A stretch of DNA of 59,579 bases, the filler included. It is 5 parts of 5 records of this genome, joined end to end, with 100 filler letters (N's around TTAATTAATTAA, not from the genome) between each part and the next. Parts side by side here need not be neighbours in the genome. Positions count along the whole stretch, not along the records: positions 39,469 to 59,579 come from SRR31156797_17179; 4 more parts are not named here. The stretch is one strand, 5' to 3'. Under the pieces are notes generated by a model, which ran no database searches, was not told the DNA's origin, and saw only the letters and a program-made list of their open reading frames with translations. Every line of letters begins with the position of its first letter. Position 1 is the first letter of the stretch. Positions 40,397 through 48,100 of the stretch are shown here, one piece after another. The position numbers and the translations under genes are program-made.

Positions 40397-41725
40397 ATGA
40401 AAATATCAGTAGTAGGAACCGGCTATGTTGGATTAGTGTCAGGAACATGTTTTGCTGAAACAGGAGTAACTGTAACATGTGTTGACATAGACAAACAAAA
40501 AGTTGAGAACCTTAAAAAAGGAATCATTCCTATTTATGAACCAGGTCTGGAACCAATGGTTAAGAACAATGTAGAAAAAAGCAGATTGTTTTTCACTACA
40601 TCTCTTAAAGATAGTATAGTTGAATCTGATGCAGTATTTATTGCTGTTGGCACACCGCCGGATGAAGATGGTTCTGCAGATCTTAAATATGTATTGGACG
40701 TTGCCAGAGAAATTGGAGAGAACATGGAGAACTATATGGTTGTAGTTACCAAAAGTACTGTTCCAATTGGTACAGCAGAGAAAGTAAGAAAAACTGTTCA
40801 GGAGGCATTAGACAAAAGAGGTTCAAACCTTGAATTTGATGTAGCTTCAAATCCAGAGTTTTTAAAAGAAGGAGATGCTATTGATGATTTCTTAAAGCCA
40901 GATCGTATTGTAATTGGAACTGATAGCACAAGAGCAGAAGAAATTCTAAGCAGACTTTACAAACCATTTGTGCTAAATGGACACCCTGTAATTTCAATGG
41001 ACATTCCATCAGCAGAATTAACAAAATATGCTGCTAACTCAATGCTTGCCACAAAAATTAGTTTCATGAACGACATCGCTAATCTTTGTGATATTGTTGG
41101 TGCAGATGTTAACAGTGTAAGAAGAGGTATTGGTAGTGACAGTCGTATTGGTAATAAATTTATCTACGCTGGTACAGGTTATGGTGGTTCATGTTTTCCA
41201 AAAGATGTAAAAGCTTTAATCAAAACAGCTGATGAAAAAGGACATTCACTTTCTATTCTTAAATCTGTAGAAACTGTTAATGAAACACAGAAAACTACAT
41301 TGGTTAGAAAGCTTAAAGATCATTTCAATCATGATATAAAAGGTAAGAAAATTGCACTTTGGGGATTGAGTTTTAAACCACATACCGATGATATGCGTGA
41401 AGCACCTGCTTTATCAATTATTGAGCAATTGAAAAAGGATGGTGCTGAAGTTACTGGATATGACCCAGTTGCAATGGAAGAAAGTAAAAGAAGAATTGGT
41501 GATACAATTAAATATGCTAAAGATCAATACGAGGCTTTAGTTGATGCCGATGCATTATTATTGATAACTGAATGGCCAGAATTCAGAACGCCAAACTACA
41601 ATGTGATGAAAAAACTAATGAACAATCATTTGATTTTTGATGGTCGCAATATTTATGATTTACATGAAATGCAAGATCAAGGATTCACATATTACAGTAT
41701 TGGAAGACCAATTGTAAAACAATAA
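40397..41725 (+). CDS. ugd: UDP-glucose 6-dehydrogenase
   Basis: GTGYVG, SNPEFLKEG, GYGGSCFPKD, FKPHTDDMREAP. Confidence 0.95.
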   Translation: MKISVVGTGYVGLVSGTCFAETGVTVTCVDIDKQKVENLKKGIIPIYEPGLEPMVKNNVEKSRLFFTTSLKDSIVESDAVFIAVGTPPDEDGSADLKYVLDVAREIGENMENYMVVVTKSTVPIGTAEKVRKTVQEALDKRGSNLEFDVASNPEFLKEGDAIDDFLKPDRIVIGTDSTRAEEILSRLYKPFVLNGHPVISMDIPSAELTKYAANSMLATKISFMNDIANLCDIVGADVNSVRRGIGSDSRIGNKFIYAGTGYGGSCFPKDVKALIKTADEKGHSLSILKSVETVNETQKTTLVRKLKDHFNHDIKGKKIALWGLSFKPHTDDMREAPALSIIEQLKKDGAEVTGYDPVAMEESKRRIGDTIKYAKDQYEALVDADALLLITEWPEFRTPNYNVMKKLMNNHLIFDGRNIYDLHEMQDQGFTYYSIGRPIVKQ

Positions 41726-41731
41726 AACATC

Positions 41732-41760
41732 AAAAGCCGGTTCAAAACCGGCTTTTTTTT
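41732..41760. terminator. Intrinsic (probably bidirectional) terminator
   Basis: AAAAGCCGGTT-CAA-AACCGGCTTTTTTTT. Confidence 0.88.
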
Positions 41761-41774
41761 GCTCGAATTTCTAT

Positions 41775-43208
41775 TTAAATACCGAAAAGTTCATTAACAT
41801 CTTCCGCACTCTTTAGGGTTTTCTCCCACTTCCTAAATTTAAGGCTTATATTTGATTCAGAATCAGAAGCTATTTTATCAAAATCAAGCTGCATAACCTC
41901 AGTACTATCAATTATTCCAACCTCACCTCCGGGTAATAGTGTAAACATTCTTATTTGCTTATCTGCCTTATCCAATGCTAGAGATTGATTTTGAAAGCTT
42001 TGTAAAGTCAATACAGACCTTCTGCCTTCAGGCACAAAAAACACCTTACCATCATTATACATCTCTTGATCTTTAATAAAATCTAACGTAAAATCAACTT
42101 TTGCATATACAGGTTCTTTTGCTCTATACAATGCATCGTAATTTAAAATTCCTAATCTATTAACCTGGAAACTTCTGTAAACCTTTGCCTCAAGTTCAAG
42201 ACGCTCATTCTCTTCTTCCAGCTTTTTCATTGCTTCCTCATAGTTCTTTTTCAAATATTGAGGTGAATATGCATAAAGCAGCTTTAATGGCATTTCAATT
42301 TCGGCTTTAAAACTATACTTACGTTCTTTGTATGTAACCGTTATCAAATGAACATTTCCAGTAAGTTTCTTAACTCTGGCTGTAGCATTTTTCTTACGCA
42401 CCCAATGTGGTAGCTTACCGCTTAGATTTTTCCAAAGCATAAATTGTGCATAGTAACTGGTTCCTCTATATTTTACATAATCCCATGTGTACAAATTATA
42501 CATTTCACCTCCATATTGCTTTATTCGAGTTTTCATTGTATTGTCATTGTACTTTTTCCCCAGATGATAATAAGTTACATCAAAAGCAGCGTTATAGTCA
42601 AACACGAAAAACTCATCTCCTAATGGATACTTTTTGGTCTTTTCTAGTTTTTCTATGTTGTCTACTATTTTCTGATATTCCGGATTAACTTCAGTTTCAG
42701 GATAACCCATAAAATTCCAACTTCCGTTTCCCTCATCAAATCCAAAGAAGTTATAGTTATTACCTTCAATCTTTGATCCCATTCTAACATTTAAGAACTT
42801 ACCTCTTTTTAATTTTAGTTTCCGCTTTTTACTAAATGCTCTTATTTCAAACATGCCGGCAGTTTCCAGAGCAGTTTCATTACCCATCGCATTAAAATTC
42901 ATGGGAATACCTGCAATAAAAATTTCAGCTGCATTGCGGAACTCTCTGTATTTCAATGTAATGCTCCCTTCAACAAGATTCCCTGCTGAATCAACAAAAG
43001 CATTTGGAGGAATAATAATTTGAGTTCCTAACTTCAATTTAATGGTATCAGGTTTTTGCGGATCAATTTCAAATTCTTGAAATTCAATATTCAGCCCATC
43101 AATTGGAGGTTGAATAAAGGAAGTTAATTTGCTTTGCCTTTTACAGCTGCTACCAACAATAATAATCAACAAAAAAAGTGATGCAATTTTTACAAATGAA
43201 TTTTTCAT
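41775..43208 (-). CDS. Hypothetical lipoprotein
   Basis: Signal peptide ending GSSC; 477-aa open frame; no confidently recognised domain. Confidence 0.75.
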   Translation of the reverse strand: MKNSFVKIASLFLLIIIVGSSCKRQSKLTSFIQPPIDGLNIEFQEFEIDPQKPDTIKLKLGTQIIIPPNAFVDSAGNLVEGSITLKYREFRNAAEIFIAGIPMNFNAMGNETALETAGMFEIRAFSKKRKLKLKRGKFLNVRMGSKIEGNNYNFFGFDEGNGSWNFMGYPETEVNPEYQKIVDNIEKLEKTKKYPLGDEFFVFDYNAAFDVTYYHLGKKYNDNTMKTRIKQYGGEMYNLYTWDYVKYRGTSYYAQFMLWKNLSGKLPHWVRKKNATARVKKLTGNVHLITVTYKERKYSFKAEIEMPLKLLYAYSPQYLKKNYEEAMKKLEEENERLELEAKVYRSFQVNRLGILNYDALYRAKEPVYAKVDFTLDFIKDQEMYNDGKVFFVPEGRRSVLTLQSFQNQSLALDKADKQIRMFTLLPGGEVGIIDSTEVMQLDFDKIASDSESNISLKFRKWEKTLKSAEDVNELFGI

Positions 43209-43224
43209 ACGATTCAGGTATTAG

Positions 43225-43941
43225 TTACTGTTTGGTCAATAATATTTTCTTATAATGGGAGGAATACTCTAAAAAATAATAAGCTGCGATATCAGCATAT
43301 GAGTATTGTTCCACATTGGCTTTCAAACCATGTGGAAATGCTTTAATTGTAATCCAATTATCTATTTCTAAAAAAGTAGACTGAAAACCATAGTTGTAAG
43401 CTGAAGACAAAAATCTAACAATATAATCGGACGATTCTTTCTTCAAATTCGGATACCTTTCAAACATATATAAGGTGAAAATTTTCAAGTATGTAAGTTG
43501 CCATCTCTTGCTTTTGAGTCTTTTAATTCGCTCTCGCCTGATACTTTCATTATTTTGCACCTGATAGTCAAGCAATTTAGATAATTGGAACAGATCCGGA
43601 TAATTATTCAACTCTTTTTCGAGCGCCTCGCAAAATGAAGGTTTCATTTGAAACTCTCCGATAGAAAAGTCAACTGCATCTAACCCAAATTTGACATATG
43701 CCAACTCTAATGATTTTGTTTCAAGCAAATCTTTAATGCTATTATATCTGATCAATTCAGGAAATCCAATTGAAATGGCAATTGCTGCTAGCTCTACATC
43801 ATCTCCAAAAACATTGTAAATATGTGGGCTTTGAGATTCAACAAATTGAACAGCTTCAGGAAATCTATCAGGCCAGACTTCTGAATAATCTACTGTTGAA
43901 GAAATAATTGACAGCCAAAGAAAAATGATGATATTTTTCAT
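43225..43941 (-). CDS. Secreted protein with lysozyme/lytic-transglycosylase-like motifs
   Basis: Hydrophobic N-terminus; FPE, SIGEFQMK and AYNYG in the order of SLT motifs I-III. Confidence 0.55.
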   Translation of the reverse strand: MKNIIIFLWLSIISSTVDYSEVWPDRFPEAVQFVESQSPHIYNVFGDDVELAAIAISIGFPELIRYNSIKDLLETKSLELAYVKFGLDAVDFSIGEFQMKPSFCEALEKELNNYPDLFQLSKLLDYQVQNNESIRRERIKRLKSKRWQLTYLKIFTLYMFERYPNLKKESSDYIVRFLSSAYNYGFQSTFLEIDNWITIKAFPHGLKANVEQYSYADIAAYYFLEYSSHYKKILLTKQ

Positions 43942-44082
43942 ATACAGCAATTGGTTTCACAAAAAAGTAACAGGTAGAGCTAAATTTTTAAGTAACAGGC
44001 TATTTACTATAACTACGTAAAGAGATGAAAAATTGTTTTTTTATAAAAAAGAAGATGAAACACTCAGTATTTTTTCTAGCAC

Positions 44083-45387
44083 TTATTGTTCTACTTTTGC
44101 ATATACTGCGCGCTTTGCAAAGAAGTATTGCCCTACTCCACGAGCAAAAAGAAAAGCCAACAAGGCAATCCATAAAGCATGGTTACCATAAAAATCTTTG
44201 AGCAAATAATAAATAGGAAAAAATATAATTACAGTGGCTATTAACATGGTATTTCTCATAGCTACCGATGCCGTTGCTCCAATATAAATACCATCCCATA
44301 GAAATGAAGCATAGGCCAATAAAGGAAGAATGCCTAACCAAATGGCATATTCACCAGCAGTTGATATTACCTCAACATTATCTGTTAAAATACCCACAAC
44401 TGGTTTCCAACCTAAACCATATAATAAACTAAAAGCTAAAGCAATGCCTAAGCCCCACCTAAATAATAGCTTTATCGATAATTTTAGGTTGCGTTGATCC
44501 TGAGCTCCAATATACCTTCCACTTAAAGCTTCTGCAGCATAGGCTAAGCCATCTACAAAAAATGAATAGACAAAAAAGAATTGTATGAGAACTGTATTTA
44601 CTGCCAGTATATGCTTATTATTTGCTGCTGAAGAACTTGTGAAGAAAGTAAAGACAGCTATTATACATATAGTGCGAATGAAAATATCCTTGTTTACAAT
44701 CATAAATTCCTTTAATAGTTTCAATTTTTTCAATTGAACTAACTCGAAATGTTTCATCAGTTTACCATAATACCTTTTGAAAAGAAAAATAGCTAAAATG
44801 AGCCCTGAATATTGGGCTGCAAGTGTTCCAAATGCGACACCATCAGATTTCATATGAAATCCATAGACCAATATTATATTTAAAATTAGATTTACGATAT
44901 TAACTAATATGGCAATATACATTGGGAAGCGAGTATTCTGCATGCCAATAAACCATCCGGTAAATGCATATAGCCCAATAGCTGCAGGTGCAGCCCAAAT
45001 ACGAATATAAAAATACTCACTTGCCAGCACTTCAACAGATTGATCGCCCGATAACAGCCAAAATGCTAGTTTATTAATAGGATATTGAAAAATTATAAGA
45101 AATAAACCTCCCGCAAAAGCAACCAATAAGGCTCTTCCAAGGGTATGAATACTTTCAGGCATACTTCTTTTACCATAGGCTTGTGCAGTAAATCCAGAGG
45201 TTCCCATTCGCAAAAAACCAAAACCCCAGTACAAAAAGTTAAAAATCATTGTACCTAAAGCAATGGCGCCGATATAGTTAACTGATTCCAAATGCCCCAT
45301 TAGAGCTAAATCCACCATCCCAAGTATGGGCACTGTAATGTTACTTACAATATTCGGAATAGCTAATTTGAGGATTCGTTTATTCAC
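44083..45387 (-). CDS. dinF: MATE family efflux transporter (DinF-like)
   Basis: LAIPNIVSNITVPILGMVD, FGFLRMGTSGFTAQAYG, DGLAYAAEAL. Confidence 0.9.
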   Translation of the reverse strand: MNKRILKLAIPNIVSNITVPILGMVDLALMGHLESVNYIGAIALGTMIFNFLYWGFGFLRMGTSGFTAQAYGKRSMPESIHTLGRALLVAFAGGLFLIIFQYPINKLAFWLLSGDQSVEVLASEYFYIRIWAAPAAIGLYAFTGWFIGMQNTRFPMYIAILVNIVNLILNIILVYGFHMKSDGVAFGTLAAQYSGLILAIFLFKRYYGKLMKHFELVQLKKLKLLKEFMIVNKDIFIRTICIIAVFTFFTSSSAANNKHILAVNTVLIQFFFVYSFFVDGLAYAAEALSGRYIGAQDQRNLKLSIKLLFRWGLGIALAFSLLYGLGWKPVVGILTDNVEVISTAGEYAIWLGILPLLAYASFLWDGIYIGATASVAMRNTMLIATVIIFFPIYYLLKDFYGNHALWIALLAFLFARGVGQYFFAKRAVYAKVEQ

Positions 45388-45388
45388 G

Positions 45389-45958
45389 TCAGAGGAAGTA
45401 TATCAATATGATTACAGGAATTATAATACCGGCAGTAACCCACCAAATTCCATATTTGCGAAATCCTTTTTTCCCTTTTAAAATAATCATCCCGGTTATA
45501 GCAAGAATGATTAAACCAAGTCCATAAATATCACTTACCCAGGTCCAGATTTTCTTAAAATTATTACGGTGCATCAGGTTGATCTCATAAAAAAAACTTC
45601 TTTTTCTTTGTATATCAACCAGGTAGATTCTATCATTCGGATTAATATAAACTTTCCCTGTGCTTCCACTTCCTAAATCTAAATAAACCTTTATTTCCCC
45701 ACCTGGATCGGCGAGATTACTTTTCATAGGATATTTTACCCCAACTTCATCTAATACTTTTTCAATTGAAGCTTCTCGATCTGCCGCAAAATCATAATTA
45801 CCGGTATAACTTCCCGAATAAGCTTCTTTTATATAATCAGGATTCCAATGGTGTATATGATTTAAAGCAATACCAGATATTGCATAAATCAACGTCAATC
45901 CAACAAATAAATAACCTAGATCTCTATGTAAACTTCGATTAAATTTTCTCCACTTCAT
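45389..45958 (-). CDS. PepSY-associated TM-helix protein
   Basis: LHRDLGY...YAISGIALNH and conserved His in NLMHR before second TM pair. Confidence 0.85.
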   Translation of the reverse strand: MKWRKFNRSLHRDLGYLFVGLTLIYAISGIALNHIHHWNPDYIKEAYSGSYTGNYDFAADREASIEKVLDEVGVKYPMKSNLADPGGEIKVYLDLGSGSTGKVYINPNDRIYLVDIQRKRSFFYEINLMHRNNFKKIWTWVSDIYGLGLIILAITGMIILKGKKGFRKYGIWWVTAGIIIPVIILIYFL

Positions 45959-45995
45959 GATAAAAAATTATGGAAATCAATTAACAAATTTTGTG

Positions 45996-46003
45996 CAAAG
46001 ATA
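45996..46003 (-). promoter_or_regulatory. Bacteroidota -7 promoter element
   Basis: TATCTTTG (TAnnTTTG) on minus strand; the motif also occurs at 48011-48018, 54911-54918 and 58819-58826 upstream of minus-strand genes. Confidence 0.7.
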
Positions 46004-46016
46004 AACAACAGCCTTA

Positions 46017-46053
46017 AAAAAGAAATTGCGACTCATCAAAAGATGAATCGCAA
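46017..46053 (-). terminator. Intrinsic terminator
   Basis: TTGCGATTCATC-TTTT-GATGAGTCGCAA then TTTCTTTTT on minus strand. Confidence 0.7.
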
Positions 46054-46076
46054 CCCTATATTATATATTGAAACAA

Positions 46077-46694
46077 TTATTTCTTAGCTTCAACTTTCTT
46101 TGCTACAACTGAGAATAGAGGAATGTAACCTTTTTCATTATTTTTAATTTCCTCTCTATACTTCATAACCTTATCCATTCCTGGAATATGCTCTCCCATA
46201 TCGGCTTTTTCACCTAAAGAAGTATGATCGTGAGCGTGGTCTTCACCCTCTCCTTCTCCATGACCTTGTCCATCACCTTCATGTTTATGGGCCTCTTCAC
46301 CTTCTTTTTCAGCGCCTTCTCTAAGTTCAGCTTCCCAATTTGCTAAATAAACAGAGTCCATTTTCATCATTTCAACAGTCCCTTCTACAACCATTACATT
46401 ACCTTCATAAGCCACATCAAAACTGGCAATATCATCACCGGTTGTAATTTTCAAACGGTTTTCTGGTGTTGAACCCTGGAAAAACATGCGTTTTCCGCCA
46501 TGTTTACAAACGTGATCAATAGTTCCTTCCACAAGAATGGTTTTACCAACCATTTCTTCACCTTTTTCAAAAAACTGATCAACAGTTACTTTCATTACTT
46601 CAGCATCAGCTTTAGCTTCTTTTTTATCAGCTGGTTTACTATTACAAGCTGCAAATGCAACTGCGATTGCTGCTAACAAGACAATTCTTCTCAT
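46077..46694 (-). CDS. Lipoprotein with OB-fold-like domain and His/Glu-rich insert
   Basis: Lipobox FAAC; VEGTIDHVCKHGGK; HKHEGDGQGHGEGEGEDHAHDH. Confidence 0.75.
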   Translation of the reverse strand: MRRIVLLAAIAVAFAACNSKPADKKEAKADAEVMKVTVDQFFEKGEEMVGKTILVEGTIDHVCKHGGKRMFFQGSTPENRLKITTGDDIASFDVAYEGNVMVVEGTVEMMKMDSVYLANWEAELREGAEKEGEEAHKHEGDGQGHGEGEGEDHAHDHTSLGEKADMGEHIPGMDKVMKYREEIKNNEKGYIPLFSVVAKKVEAKK

Positions 46695-46776
46695 TTTATT
46701 ATAATTTTAGTTAATTTGTTAATTGCTATACAAATAAAACACATTTTGTACACCTAAAAAAATATATTACTGTCTT

Positions 46777-47943
46777 CTATTCCTTCATTACAATATATTC
46801 AGTTAAATCAGAATGTAAAAAGTGCTCAAGTTCTTTCTTATCTTCTGTTCTGGTTTCAGAAAAAGCAAATGAAAAAACGGGATACGTTCTATAATCAGTT
46901 TTATGAATGTGCAATAAATTAGCAAAGTCTGATTCAAACTTTTTATAGTCGATATAATCAATCTTTTCCAACGGAATATCGCGAGGTATATCCGCAATTA
47001 TGGCATTATATTGTCTTCCGGTTTTCTTCTCAAATAGCTTATCCCAATCTGGCTTCTTTTGCTCCATAAAATATTCATAAGGATTAATCCCCCATGCATA
47101 TTTTGTTAAATCTGTCATGCACCAACCTGCAAAACGTAATGGATTTGATTCAATTGGAACCGCCTCTCCACTTGATGTAATGCGCCATTCGATATGCATT
47201 GGAAAATTCTTAATACCTGTATTCTCACCTATGAACTTTAATTTCTCCTCAAAAATTGATTTGGTGCGCTCAATGACTTTAATGGAAGAAAAATATGCTC
47301 TATCATTAACATCTTTAGCATTTGGGAAAATATGCTCATAAATATTTAAAATTACTGGTTCGCCTTCCTCATCAAAATATACATCAACGGCATATTCAGT
47401 ACCATCCAGTAATTGTTCAATTAAAAACTCCTGACTTCCCATCACCACATCGGGATACACACCTTTAACTTGCTCTAATTCGATTTTTAGATCCTCAAGA
47501 GCCTGCTTCCAATCATTCTCATTATCAACAACATAAATTCCCATCGAAAAGAAACCAACTGCAGGTTTAATGATAAACGGAAATCCAAATTCAGCAGGAT
47601 TAAACTCATATAAATCATCCAGCTTAATTTTCTTGTATCTAAAATCAGGGTACAACGGAGATAACATATCTCTGAATGCTCCTTTATTTTTAAAAGTAGC
47701 TACTTGCTCTGGCAATTTGGTATGAGAAAGATTCTCATTAATCCAGGAAATAGTATTTTCTGAATTAACATATAATTTTGGATTCTTCTCATACTCTTTA
47801 ACAGCCACATCACTGTTTATAAATTGATCAATCAATTCAGGAGCCATATTCTTGGCTTGCTCAGTTCCTACTACTTTATAGTTATTCTTTTTGATTGTTT
47901 GTATGAGAAGATCAGATACGTAAGGTTTATCAATTAATAGCAT
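46777..47943 (-). CDS. ATP-grasp domain protein
   Basis: KNKGAFR, FPFIIKPAVGFFSMG, LIEQ...EYAVD, HIEWR, IESNPLRFAG. Confidence 0.85.
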   Translation of the reverse strand: MLLIDKPYVSDLLIQTIKKNNYKVVGTEQAKNMAPELIDQFINSDVAVKEYEKNPKLYVNSENTISWINENLSHTKLPEQVATFKNKGAFRDMLSPLYPDFRYKKIKLDDLYEFNPAEFGFPFIIKPAVGFFSMGIYVVDNENDWKQALEDLKIELEQVKGVYPDVVMGSQEFLIEQLLDGTEYAVDVYFDEEGEPVILNIYEHIFPNAKDVNDRAYFSSIKVIERTKSIFEEKLKFIGENTGIKNFPMHIEWRITSSGEAVPIESNPLRFAGWCMTDLTKYAWGINPYEYFMEQKKPDWDKLFEKKTGRQYNAIIADIPRDIPLEKIDYIDYKKFESDFANLLHIHKTDYRTYPVFSFAFSETRTEDKKELEHFLHSDLTEYIVMKE

Positions 47944-48049
47944 AATGATTATTTTAACAAGTAAAGAACAAACGAATTTATATGATGTTTTCGAATTTGT
48001 AAATTGTGTACAAAAGTAATCTTTATGACATGAAAATAAATAAATTCAC

Positions 48050-48082
48050 AAAAAAATAGCCGGATAAAGTTTATCCGGCCAT
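48050..48082 (-). terminator. Intrinsic terminator
   Basis: GCCGGATAAA/TTTATCCGGC stem followed by TTTTTTT on minus strand. Confidence 0.8.
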
Positions 48083-48100
48083 TGATGTACTTATTGATTT

